Assembly: GCA_009840065.1 (NCBI GenBank)
Contig: VXON01000132.1
Span: 747-24,746 of the forward strand
Direction: 5' to 3'
DNA: 24,000 nucleotides
Source of the DNA: Cenarchaeum sp. SB0662_bin_33
GTDB taxonomy: Archaea > Thermoproteota > Nitrososphaeria > Nitrososphaerales > Nitrosopumilaceae
The position numbers and the translations under genes were made by a program. Below are positions 1-8,736 of the stretch, piece by piece (the stretch's first letter is position 1; each line of letters opens with the position of its first letter). The notes below the pieces were generated by a model. The model saw only the letters and a program-made list of their open reading frames with translations. It was not told the origin of the DNA and made no database searches.

Positions 1-476
1 AGCTGTACCTATTCTCCACCACCAGCATTCAGACACGATTCTGCCTTGCATTCGAGATGGCCGACCACAAAGACGGTTTCAATGCCACCAATCTGCTGAA
101 GGATACCAAAAAACAGGCAGGCAAGATACCTGCTGTGTTCATCAGCGACGGCCTTCCCTCGTATAGTGCGGCGCATCGGGCGGTGTTTGCAGCAAAAAAT
201 CCGCTGGACAAACACAGTGTGCACAAGCGATGCTTGCCTCAACAACAGAATAACTTTCAGGAACGGTTCAACGGGACGTTCCGCAGATTCCAAAGTAGGC
301 AGCATATATCGAATCCAGACTCGCCTCTGATAATGGGCTTTTTTGTATGCTATAACCATTTTAGCCTGCACAAGCGTACGCCGGCGGCCGGAATCATAAT
401 CCATTGTGACGATGAGTGGAAGACCATCATAGGCAACGCCAGTCTGGCCGCCAGGACAAAGGGAGCGAGGCCATAG
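1..476 (+). CDS. DDE transposase, IS6/IS240-like, C-terminal part (reading frame open to the window edge; IS remnant or partial IS)
   Basis: The frame of ORF 57..476 has no stop back to nt 3, so the gene probably starts left of the window. The layout matches the D...E catalytic region and C-terminal tail of IS6/IS240-type archaeal transposases: ...ISDGLPSYSAAH..., ...NNFQERFNGTFRRF... and ...TPAAGIIIHCDDEWKTIIGNASL. Confidence 0.6.
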   Translation, partial: LYLFSTTSIQTRFCLAFEMADHKDGFNATNLLKDTKKQAGKIPAVFISDGLPSYSAAHRAVFAAKNPLDKHSVHKRCLPQQQNNFQERFNGTFRRFQSRQHISNPDSPLIMGFFVCYNHFSLHKRTPAAGIIIHCDDEWKTIIGNASLAARTKGARP

Positions 477-681
477 AAGATGAGATGGACTATATAGTTT
501 GCTTAAGGCAATCAGGCACCATACTCCCATATTCAGACCATCCTCCCAACAAAGTCTGCCGGTGTGTGGTCGTAAAGTTCCGCCGGCCGAAGAATACGGG
601 ATATGCGCAATCCACCAACAGTTAACGCACAAAGACCTATCATTTGAAAAGATAATAAGTAACAAGGTTATCATAAACACA

Positions 682-1605
682 ATGATAACCGTTCTTGCCG
701 GTGGTACCGGCTCAGTAAAGATAGTACGGGGTTTGGCATCTGTTGAGTCTAATGTAAATGTCATCACCAATGTGGGGGATAACTACTGGTTGTATGGGTT
801 GTATGTATGCCCGGACATTGACACCATAATATACGGGCTATCTGATCTGCTGGATTTGGACAAGGGTTGGGGCGTAAAGAAAGACACCTTTAACTTTCTA
901 CGTCAGATGGAGGTCTTTGGAGAGGAGACCTGGTTCCGCATCGGAGATAGGGATGCGGCCACCCACCTTATACGCACCAACAGGCTAAAGAACGGCGAGA
1001 ATCTCAGTAACATTACAAAATGGATGTGTGAGAGGTTTGCAGTGGGGCCAAACATAATACCTGTAACCGACAACAGTATAGAGACGCGCATAACTACAAA
1101 CAAGGGCGACTTGCACCTTCAGGAGTATTGGGTAAAGTACAGGGGACGGGAAGCAGTGACGGGCATACAGTATATAGGCGCCGAAAAAGCCCGGGCCAAC
1201 CCCCAGGCCATACAGGCCATACAGAACTCTGATGTGGTAGTGATATCACCGGGAAATCCGCTAACCTCGATAGGGCCGATGCTCCAAATCAAGGGAATCA
1301 AGAAGGAACTATCCCGCAAAAAAGATCATGTGGTAGCAATAAGCCCACTGATTGGCGATGAGGCCATCACAGGTCCTGCGGCAAAATACATGAGGGCCGC
1401 CGGTATAGAGTCCAACGCGTATGGCCTAGCAAAGATGTACTCGGATGTATGCACCACCATGGTCATAGACAACAAGGATAAGGGCCTTTCAAAAAAGATA
1501 CAGTCTCTGGACTACAAGGTATTAGAGACTAAAATAACTATGAAGACAAAGAGTGCCGAAGAGACATTGGCATCATTTGTACTCAAGAATGCCAGATCAA
1601 TTTGA
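682..1605 (+). CDS. cofD: 2-phospho-L-lactate transferase (LPPG:FO transferase, coenzyme F420 biosynthesis)
   Basis: The N-terminus MITVLAGGTGSVKIVRGL is typical of the CofD/YvcK family and the length is about 307 aa. It is directly followed by and overlaps cofC. I chose the internal ATG at 682 rather than the ORF-track start at 499 because the family begins at the GGTG motif. Confidence 0.85.
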   Translation: MITVLAGGTGSVKIVRGLASVESNVNVITNVGDNYWLYGLYVCPDIDTIIYGLSDLLDLDKGWGVKKDTFNFLRQMEVFGEETWFRIGDRDAATHLIRTNRLKNGENLSNITKWMCERFAVGPNIIPVTDNSIETRITTNKGDLHLQEYWVKYRGREAVTGIQYIGAEKARANPQAIQAIQNSDVVVISPGNPLTSIGPMLQIKGIKKELSRKKDHVVAISPLIGDEAITGPAAKYMRAAGIESNAYGLAKMYSDVCTTMVIDNKDKGLSKKIQSLDYKVLETKITMKTKSAEETLASFVLKNARSI

Positions 1606-2228
1606 GAGTAACCGCAGTCATACCCGTCAAACAGTATCATACAGCAAAGACCCGTCTGAACATATCCGATGAAAGGCGCGCCAAGCTGTGCCATCTCATG
1701 CTGCATGAGACACTGCTTACATTGAAAAGTTCGCCACATATACACAAAGTAGTAGTGGTGACCGGTGAGAAGAGGGCCAAAAGACTGTCAGAGTCCATGG
1801 GTGCCATCACACTGCATGATGATGATTCGGGTGTAAACAATGCTGTGCGTACGGCCGATGCATACCTGCGCAGTGAAGATGCGCCCATCTCACTGGTCAT
1901 GCCCCTAGACATGCCTCTTATGGAGGCATCAGACATATCGTTCCTCTTAAAATTCTTTATACCCCCGGCATGCGTTCTGGTCGTACCCTCCATGCGGCAT
2001 GATGGAACCAACGCATTACTGCGATGCCCGCCTGATATAATGGGTACCAGCTATGACGACAACAGCTATCGAAACCATATGGCCATGGCCCGGAGCGTAG
2101 TTACGAATTATGGCCTTGTACACATACCAAGAATGATGCGCGATGTGGACACCATCTCTGACCTGGATAGCGTTGTACGATATGCCCGGCCCGCTCTCAG
2201 GAGGCGCATCAACGATATCTTGAGATGA
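1602..2228 (+). CDS. cofC: 2-phospho-L-lactate guanylyltransferase (F420 biosynthesis)
   Basis: N-terminal VIPVKQYHTAKTRL motif of CofC/MobA-like nucleotidyltransferases. The TTG start overlaps the cofD stop (TTGA), indicating an operon with cofD. Confidence 0.75.
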   Translation: MRVTAVIPVKQYHTAKTRLNISDERRAKLCHLMLHETLLTLKSSPHIHKVVVVTGEKRAKRLSESMGAITLHDDDSGVNNAVRTADAYLRSEDAPISLVMPLDMPLMEASDISFLLKFFIPPACVLVVPSMRHDGTNALLRCPPDIMGTSYDDNSYRNHMAMARSVVTNYGLVHIPRMMRDVDTISDLDSVVRYARPALRRRINDILR

Positions 2229-3180
2229 TGTTGGTGCGCTGCACTATCATGATTATTATGGTCAGTGCGCCGGCCGCGGCGATTATAATCTGTATTGTAC
2301 CAAAGAACGGCTGTTCAAAGGCCTCTGTTATGCCCCAGTCACCTACGTGCGCCACAAAGTGGCCATATGAGTATATAAAATAGTTGGTGGCCCAGTGTAT
2401 CAGGAGTGCGCAGACAAAGCCATACCTGTAGTAGACGTACCCTAGTATTATGCCTGATACTATGGCCTGTGCCAGCTTTGCAACACCCCACGAGTCATCA
2501 AATACGACATGGGACATGCCAAATACAACACCCACGATAACAACCACATACATGGCTTTTTTCGTATCATCGATATGGAGGTGGCGCGCCGGGTGCCACA
2601 GTGACCGTGCTATGAATCCAGCAGAGATTTTATGGGTATATATGGCAAAGAGTGGTACCCCCACCAATACTACGCGATACAGTAACTCTTCTGTGATTGG
2701 GGATGCCGTAATCAGATAGAACTGTACCAGATCGTTTCCAATATCAGGAGGTGTTATGGATAGTCCCACATACCCCTGAAGTAGATCAATGACTGTTGAT
2801 GCTAGTACCAGTATGGCAAACCATGAGAGGGCGTGAATCATGTAGTTGGTCGTATGCGTAACACCAAGGACCCGCTCTTTTAGCGATACGAGAATATTCC
2901 GGTCCGGACCTAGCAGGGCTATGGTAAAGAATATTACATATACGGTCCATAATACAACAAAGAGGTCCCCCAGCTCAATAAATGGTGGTAGTATGCCGTA
3001 TGACTCGGCCCCAAAGAGTGCTATATGTGAGGCCGGTACCTGAAAAGTGATGCTCTGTCCCACATCGCTATAAAATACTACGTATGCCCCCAACGGGAAT
3101 GATAACACCATCATTCCAAGTATTGTGGATATCAGCGCCGAGTGTGGTATTCCGTAGGGTATGCCGGATGTCTTCTCCAA
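2209..3180 (-). CDS. CPBP family intramembrane glutamic endopeptidase (CAAX protease/Abi-like), polytopic membrane protein
   Basis: Highly hydrophobic 323-aa ORF carrying the CPBP signature EELLYRVVL (EExxxR) and downstream His motifs (FGMSHV, LLIHWATN). Its 3' end overlaps cofC by 20 nt in convergent orientation. Confidence 0.75.
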   Translation of the reverse strand: MEKTSGIPYGIPHSALISTILGMMVLSFPLGAYVVFYSDVGQSITFQVPASHIALFGAESYGILPPFIELGDLFVVLWTVYVIFFTIALLGPDRNILVSLKERVLGVTHTTNYMIHALSWFAILVLASTVIDLLQGYVGLSITPPDIGNDLVQFYLITASPITEELLYRVVLVGVPLFAIYTHKISAGFIARSLWHPARHLHIDDTKKAMYVVVIVGVVFGMSHVVFDDSWGVAKLAQAIVSGIILGYVYYRYGFVCALLIHWATNYFIYSYGHFVAHVGDWGITEAFEQPFFGTIQIIIAAAGALTIIIMIVQRTNIISRYR

Positions 3181-3184
3181 CTCT

Positions 3185-3493
3185 CTAATGCAGTTCTATA
3201 CTGCCTTCTGGAAACCCAAGACCCACCAGTGTCTCCTTGATGGTCTCTCTATGATCTCCCTGTAGAAATATGTAGCCATCCTTGGCGGTACCACCACAGG
3301 CGTACTTGCTTTTGAGTCCCTTTGCCACGACATCGACATCACTAGTCTTTGGGTCTATGCCCTCAATCATTGTACCCTTCTTCTTGAAGCGCCTAGTCTC
3401 TAGACGGATTATGATTTTGGCACCATCCCGAGCTAACTCTACACAGGCACAGAGATCTTCAGGTAAGCCGCACGTACTGCAAATAACTGCCAT
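3185..3493 (-). CDS. sui1: translation initiation factor aSUI1 (eIF1 homologue)
   Basis: 102 aa with CSTCGLPEDLCAC at the N-terminus, then IRLETRRFKKKGTMIEGI...LKSKYACGGTAKDG..IFLQGDHR, the classical SUI1 domain pattern. Confidence 0.9.
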   Translation of the reverse strand: MAVICSTCGLPEDLCACVELARDGAKIIIRLETRRFKKKGTMIEGIDPKTSDVDVVAKGLKSKYACGGTAKDGYIFLQGDHRETIKETLVGLGFPEGSIELH

Positions 3494-3546
3494 TGATTCA
3501 ATAAAATTGAGTTTAACATGTTATTAAGCCTTGTTCATTTGGATTT

Positions 3547-3699
3547 CTCCCACAAAGTTGGGTGATGAGGCCACTCTAACCTGTCTGTCTTCATATGGCA
3601 AATCGCACCGTTGAGGGCCATCCTAGGCAGTCTGTCGGATACTGCGGGTATCCATTGGTCATATCTGCGACAGATATTCAGCACCCAACTTTGTGGGAG
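3547..3699. repeat. 18-bp perfect inverted repeat (arms 3547-3564 and 3682-3699) enclosing a 117-nt core with nested hairpins
   Basis: CTCCCACAAAGTTGGGTG at 3547-3564 is the exact reverse complement of CACCCAACTTTGTGGGAG at 3682-3699. Nested inside are TCTGTCG (3631-3637)/CGACAGA (3668-3674) and GATAC (3638-3642)/GTATC (3648-3652). Confidence 0.9.
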
Positions 3700-3842
3700 G
3701 AACCTAAAGTCATGCTAAAAGAGATGATATTACATGTGTACAGGATGTTCAAGAACCAGAATTCAAATGCAACTGGACCAAATGGTTGAAAGATTTTGAG
3801 CTGACACCATATTAGCGTAAACATAATAAATGCAGTAGAGTG

Positions 3843-4154
3843 ATGTTCCGAATACTAAATGACAGAATAGCGCAGCTACAAAGGAATCTGCAGCCTGACA
3901 TACTTGCACATTGGCACAAGCAGGTCATACATGATGCTAGGGATATGGCCCCGCCCTGGCTGCAGGACAAGATATCAGTAATACAGGATCCCTACCTTCC
4001 AATGAAATTTAACCTGGACATATCAAAGCGTGCAGTATCGTATTATATGATGGCCCTGCATCAAAACCTGCCAAACATGCCGCTATCAACACAACTATAC
4101 TTTCTAAAGGTTTACGAGTGCCTGAATGATGAGATAGACAGGCAGCTGGTCTAG
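3843..4154 (+). CDS. hypothetical protein (about 103 aa)
   Basis: Open frame with an ATG at 3843 (GTG at 3840) and no recognisable motif. Its stop overlaps the ileS stop (CTAG, 4151-4154). Confidence 0.45.
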   Translation: MFRILNDRIAQLQRNLQPDILAHWHKQVIHDARDMAPPWLQDKISVIQDPYLPMKFNLDISKRAVSYYMMALHQNLPNMPLSTQLYFLKVYECLNDEIDRQLV

Positions 4155-7100
4155 TGGTGTCCTATACCTATGCGCATCTTTTGTCCATCTATATCTATAT
4201 CCTTGTACTCGAGTCGGATCGATGGTTCAAATGTCACCCTTTTAACCCGTACCATGTCCGACAGGCCAAACTGTCCGGACTCTACAAGACCAACAGATGT
4301 ATCATTCAGACCTATCACCGAGGCCTCATCAAGTATGTCGGTGGGATTATACCCCAACTCTTTGCGTAGGTTCTGTATCTGTCTGGCCACATCCCGAAGG
4401 AGCCAACGTGCTATGGTAGCATCATCACTCTTTGTGGATATAAAGACGGTATGTCCGTCCTTTGTGGCGCACTGGTAACCGGCGGCCGGCTCATATCCTA
4501 TTATAAAGTCCGAGGCAGCCAATACTATGTCGTTGCCGTTTACTGAAAATACATGGTGTCCCTTCTCTAGTGACTCTATTATTGTGTGGGGACTGATCTT
4601 GCCAAACTCTAGGCTTAGCTGCGGCATCTCATCCTTCAGGCGGGGCCCTAGCCTCTTTCTGTCTAGCGATACTATGGGAATTACCGGCATCCCAATTTTA
4701 CGCATCTGTAGATATGCCTCCAAACCATCTGCCATGTCCTTATGCTGGATTGTATGCAGTCTCTCCACATTCATTCTCTCCCTTAGGTACGACTGTAGTG
4801 TGTCCACAGACTTTCTGTCTGTGGGCGCTACAATTAGTGCCTCATGAAGGGGCCAGCGCCGCTTTAGTTTCGCGCGTGCACGCGCAGCTGCCGCCGCCGT
4901 GAGTATGGACCTCATGGAGTCAAAGGCATTCTCTATGTCTTCGTTGATCATCTCCGTGTCCTGTGTGGGCCAGCTCTGTAGCAGTATGGAGTCAGAGCCA
5001 CCAAATGCCTCTCTGTATACGTACTCGCTAGTGAATGGGCAGAAGGGGTGTATCATTATGTCTAGTGTTTTGAGGCATCGGGACATTACTGCATATATTG
5101 CCGCCCGTCTGCTGCTCCTAGATGCATCATCCTCCCAGAGCTGGCCCCGCACACTAGGTATATACGACTGGCTCAGGGAGTTTATCATGAACTCTTCAAT
5201 TGACTTTGCCGCCTCATGAAATCTGCACTGCTCTATCTTTTCAGTCACCACACGTATTGTATGCTGTAGTTTTGATAGTATCCATGTGTCCGGATGCTCC
5301 AGCAGAGACCCGTCTTTGGCCCACTGCACATCATGGGCAGGATCATAGTTATCATACTCGCTGTTCTGCATATAATACAGATGAAGGTTATACAGTGTGC
5401 TGAGTATCTGGTATGGCCTAGCGGTCATCTCTGATGGCGAAAAATTGAGCGGCTCCACTGGGCTAGCCTTCCACATAAAGTAGAGGCGGACCAGGTCCAC
5501 AGGATGCTCCTTTAAGAGATCCCTGGCCAGTATTACATTACCCAAACTCTTGCTCATCTTGCCACCCCGCTCATCCAAGACATGTCCCTGAAACAGGAAC
5601 GACTGATAGGGCGATACATCACCTAGTATGACATTCTCTACCAGCAATGTATAGGCCCACCCCCTAGTCTGATCTATCCCCTCTGTGAAGAAGGGGGCGG
5701 GTATCTCGTTTTTATACGTGTCATCATCCAGCGATGCAAAGGGCGCCGCACCACTGTTATGCCAGGTATCCAGGACGTACTGCTCCCTGTATGTATTGTA
5801 GCTGCTGCACTTGTGGCACCGGACATGTATTCTGTCAATCCAGGGACGGTGCAGCTCAAAGGCCCTGCCATCCGGGAGCGACTCGGCATTGTCTATTATG
5901 TCACCCTTGGTATAGTACCATGTCTTTGCCGAGCAGTCATTACAGTGCCATACGGGCATGGGGCAGCCCCAATATCTCTCCCGGGATATGCACCACGGAT
6001 GCTCCTCGCCCACAATACCCAAAAACCTATTCTTTGGGGCATCAAAAAAGTATTTTACTGCCTGTGCCGCATGTAGCGTCTTTGAATCCAGTCTATCCAG
6101 TTTGTAAAACCAGCCCCGGCGAGCCAGCCACACTATGGGATGCTTTGATCTCCAGCAGAGTGGATACTTGTGTTTTATGGTGCCAATACGGACCAGTGCT
6201 TTTGCATCTCCGAGGTCTGACACTATGATATTGTCGGCATCACGTACAAAGAGACTACTGTATGCTCCCGCTTGGTCCGTAAACCTAACCTGCTCATCTA
6301 TGGGGCAGAATATCTCTATGCTGCGGCGATGGGCTATCTGCATATCCTCCTCACCGTTGGCCGGCGCCAGGTGTACCAATCCTGTTCCGGAGTTAACATC
6401 CACAAACGACTCGGCTACGGCCACATGGTATGTACCCCTAGATGCAAGTTTCTCCAGTTCGGGTATCTTGTCCAGCAATGGATGCACATACCGCTTACCC
6501 TCAAATGCCGAACCTTCCACTACGCTGACTATGTCGTATGTGGTTATGTCCATCTCTGTCATAAACGCATCCAGCCGCTGCTGGGCAATAACCCACTTTT
6601 CATCATACTTGTGTATGTGCACCACACAGTACCTCTCAGCAGGATGGAGTCCCACCATGGCATCGGTCACCAGTGTGAATGGCATGGTCGTCCACACTAC
6701 CAGGTATATGTCCTCATCTACCAGCCTCACCTTGTAATACAAAGAGGGGTCTGTCACCATCTCGTATCCTTGGTTTACCTCGGCATGGCTTAGGGAGGTC
6801 TGGCAGCCGGGACAGTATCCTATTACCGTATAATCATCCTCTAGTATGCCCGACTCTTGGGCCTTTTTTAGTATCTGCCACTCCCGCTGTATATACTCGT
6901 CCGTATACGTCCAGTAGGACCCTTCATGGTTCATGCTCATTCCCATCATGTAATCTGCCTCCTCCCACTCTGCATTATACCTAGAGACAATTGCCTTGCA
7001 CTGCTCCACCAATCTCTCTATGCCTACACTCTTCTCAATGGCGCTCTTATCACCGGATACTCCCAGCTCCTTCTCAGCCTGCAGCTCCACCGGCAACCCC

Positions 7101-7351
7101 TGCGTATCCCAACCTCCGTAGAAAAGTACCTTCTTTCCAGTAAGCGTTGTGTATCTGTACCACAGGTCCTTGATTATACGTCCCCGAAGGTGGCCTGCAT
7201 GTGGACTGCCGTTGAGTGTTGGCGGACCCTCAATGAAACGTACCGTATCCCGGTCAGACTCCTCCAGTATACGCCTAGTCCCCGCCATATCTGCGTATAT
7301 GCGACCTGCATCCTGTACGCGTCGGGGATAAAACTTTGTCGGTATTGTCAT
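4151..7351 (-). CDS. ileS: isoleucine--tRNA ligase
   Basis: 1066 aa class I aaRS with the HIGH-type motif (PHAGHLRGR), KMSKS, CP1 editing-domain length and zinc-type Cys clusters (CPGCQ..., CNDC..., CHKC). The length is typical of archaeal IleRS. Confidence 0.97.
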   Translation of the reverse strand: MTIPTKFYPRRVQDAGRIYADMAGTRRILEESDRDTVRFIEGPPTLNGSPHAGHLRGRIIKDLWYRYTTLTGKKVLFYGGWDTQGLPVELQAEKELGVSGDKSAIEKSVGIERLVEQCKAIVSRYNAEWEEADYMMGMSMNHEGSYWTYTDEYIQREWQILKKAQESGILEDDYTVIGYCPGCQTSLSHAEVNQGYEMVTDPSLYYKVRLVDEDIYLVVWTTMPFTLVTDAMVGLHPAERYCVVHIHKYDEKWVIAQQRLDAFMTEMDITTYDIVSVVEGSAFEGKRYVHPLLDKIPELEKLASRGTYHVAVAESFVDVNSGTGLVHLAPANGEEDMQIAHRRSIEIFCPIDEQVRFTDQAGAYSSLFVRDADNIIVSDLGDAKALVRIGTIKHKYPLCWRSKHPIVWLARRGWFYKLDRLDSKTLHAAQAVKYFFDAPKNRFLGIVGEEHPWCISRERYWGCPMPVWHCNDCSAKTWYYTKGDIIDNAESLPDGRAFELHRPWIDRIHVRCHKCSSYNTYREQYVLDTWHNSGAAPFASLDDDTYKNEIPAPFFTEGIDQTRGWAYTLLVENVILGDVSPYQSFLFQGHVLDERGGKMSKSLGNVILARDLLKEHPVDLVRLYFMWKASPVEPLNFSPSEMTARPYQILSTLYNLHLYYMQNSEYDNYDPAHDVQWAKDGSLLEHPDTWILSKLQHTIRVVTEKIEQCRFHEAAKSIEEFMINSLSQSYIPSVRGQLWEDDASRSSRRAAIYAVMSRCLKTLDIMIHPFCPFTSEYVYREAFGGSDSILLQSWPTQDTEMINEDIENAFDSMRSILTAAAAARARAKLKRRWPLHEALIVAPTDRKSVDTLQSYLRERMNVERLHTIQHKDMADGLEAYLQMRKIGMPVIPIVSLDRKRLGPRLKDEMPQLSLEFGKISPHTIIESLEKGHHVFSVNGNDIVLAASDFIIGYEPAAGYQCATKDGHTVFISTKSDDATIARWLLRDVARQIQNLRKELGYNPTDILDEASVIGLNDTSVGLVESGQFGLSDMVRVKRVTFEPSIRLEYKDIDIDGQKMRIGIGHH

Positions 7352-7374
7352 GTATAGAACCCAAATAACTCCTG

Positions 7375-7382
7375 TTATAAAG
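7375..7382 (-). promoter_or_regulatory. putative TATA box for ileS (leaderless-type spacing)
   Basis: The minus strand reads CTTTATAA, centred about 27 nt upstream of the ileS ATG at 7351. Confidence 0.3.
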
Positions 7383-7437
7383 CTGGGTGTGTGGCATGCG
7401 ATACCGGTACAATCATCTGATTTTGGGAACCCTTAGG

Positions 7438-7447
7438 ATTTTTATCC
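7438..7447 (+). promoter_or_regulatory. putative TATA box for ahcY (leaderless-type spacing)
   Basis: ATTTTTATCC is centred about 27 nt upstream of the ahcY ATG at 7470, in a promoter region divergent from ileS. Confidence 0.3.
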
Positions 7448-7469
7448 ATGATTCTTTTTTCATTATAAC

Positions 7470-8702
7470 ATGAGCAAGATAAAGGATGTGTCCTTGGCAG
7501 AAGAGGGCAGGGCATCATACCGGTGGGCACGCCAACACATGAAGATTCTTGATAATACCATATCCAGACTGCAGCAGTCAGAGTCCTTCAGCGGTACTAC
7601 GGTGGCATGCTGCCTGCACATGACAAAGGAGACATCTGTTCTGCTGATGGGCCTAAAGGAACTGGGAGCCGAGGTGGCATGCTGCGCAGGCAATCCACTC
7701 TCCACACATGATGATATCACTGCCTTTTTAGCGTCCGAGGGCATCCACACATATGCCTGGAATGATCAGACTCCCGAGGAGTATGATTGGTGCATATTCC
7801 AGACACTGAGCCACAGGCCATCAATCCTGGTGGATGATGGTGCCGATATGAATGTAAAAGCGCACTTTGATAAAGAGCATTCAGACCTGAACATACTAGG
7901 AGCCACCGAAGAGACCACCGCTGGTGTCAACCGGCTGCGGGTCATTGAGAGACAGGGCAAGCTAAAGTATCCTGTAATACTGGTCAATAATGCCTACACA
8001 AAGCAGTTGTTTGACAACCGCTATGGGACGGGGCAGAGCACCATAGACGGCCTCCTGCGTTCCATGAACTTATTGCTGGCATCCAAAAGGGTGGTTGTTG
8101 CAGGCTACGGATGGGTGGGCCGGGGAGTGGCTGCGAGATGCCGTGGAATGAACTCTAATGTCATAGTAACCGAGACGGATCCGGTAAAGGCCCTTGAGGC
8201 CCACATGGATGGCTACCAGGTCATGCGCATGTCAAAGGCCGCCACACTAGGCGACATATTCATCACTGCGACCGGCATGACAGATGTCATACGGCGCGAG
8301 CATATTGTACGCATGCGGGATGGTGCCATACTGGCAAATGTAGGTCATTTCGATGTTGAGATTGACACTGAATTTTTGTTCTCTGCGGATACCCGCCGGG
8401 TAAGGCCCAACCTTGATGAGTGTGTCTTGGATAACGGGCGACGGATTTATCTTGTAGGCGAGGGCAGGCTTGCAAACCTGTCGGCTGCCGAAGGCCACCC
8501 CCCCGAGGTAATGGCGCAGTCGTTCTCAAACCAACTGCTGTCGGTCAGACACATACTGAAGAATCACAAGACAATGTCCAGGGAGGTTATGAATGTCCCA
8601 TCCTACATAGACAGGCAGGTAGCCATTGATGCGCTAGATGCCATGGGCGTAAAGATAGACAGGCTAAATACAAAACAGAAGGCCTACATGAATAAGTGGT
8701 AG
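7470..8702 (+). CDS. ahcY: adenosylhomocysteinase (S-adenosyl-L-homocysteine hydrolase)
   Basis: 410 aa. Family signatures: CCLHMTKETSVL, AGNPLSTHDD, the NAD-binding VVVAGYGWVGRGVA, and HFDVEID. Confidence 0.95.
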   Translation: MSKIKDVSLAEEGRASYRWARQHMKILDNTISRLQQSESFSGTTVACCLHMTKETSVLLMGLKELGAEVACCAGNPLSTHDDITAFLASEGIHTYAWNDQTPEEYDWCIFQTLSHRPSILVDDGADMNVKAHFDKEHSDLNILGATEETTAGVNRLRVIERQGKLKYPVILVNNAYTKQLFDNRYGTGQSTIDGLLRSMNLLLASKRVVVAGYGWVGRGVAARCRGMNSNVIVTETDPVKALEAHMDGYQVMRMSKAATLGDIFITATGMTDVIRREHIVRMRDGAILANVGHFDVEIDTEFLFSADTRRVRPNLDECVLDNGRRIYLVGEGRLANLSAAEGHPPEVMAQSFSNQLLSVRHILKNHKTMSREVMNVPSYIDRQVAIDALDAMGVKIDRLNTKQKAYMNKW

Positions 8703-8736
8703 ATGGTTAATATGGGATTGTTGTTGGTATAGTATT

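Noticed and set aside
499-681. 61-codon N-terminal extension of cofD given by the ORF track
   Set aside because: CofD family proteins start at the GGTG P-loop-like motif, which here immediately follows the ATG at 682. The extension has no family-like sequence.
9-770. 253-aa minus-strand ORF, the longest ORF at the left edge
   Set aside because: It lies antisense to the recognisable transposase fragment and the cofD N-terminus. Its sequence is W/C/R-rich with no motif, so it is most likely a shadow ORF.
3595-3789. 64-aa ORF in the sui1/hypothetical intergenic region
   Set aside because: It runs through the right arm of the 18-bp inverted repeat and the nested hairpins, has no motif and has no promoter-like spacing. 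The structure explains the region better than coding does.
3720-3810. C/D-box sRNA-like strings (AGATGATA ... CTGA); also ATGATGA at 20868-20874
   Set aside because: The box spacing and the missing C'/D' pair do not fit the 50-70-nt archaeal C/D sRNA architecture. The second site lies at the start of a probable CDS.
4154-7357. A series of plus-strand ORFs of 60-200 aa (for example 5734..6228, 6135..6737, 6272..6793, 6926..7357)
   Set aside because: All are antisense to the unambiguous 1066-aa ileS. Their composition is low-complexity and Cys/Ser/Pro-rich, as expected for shadow frames.
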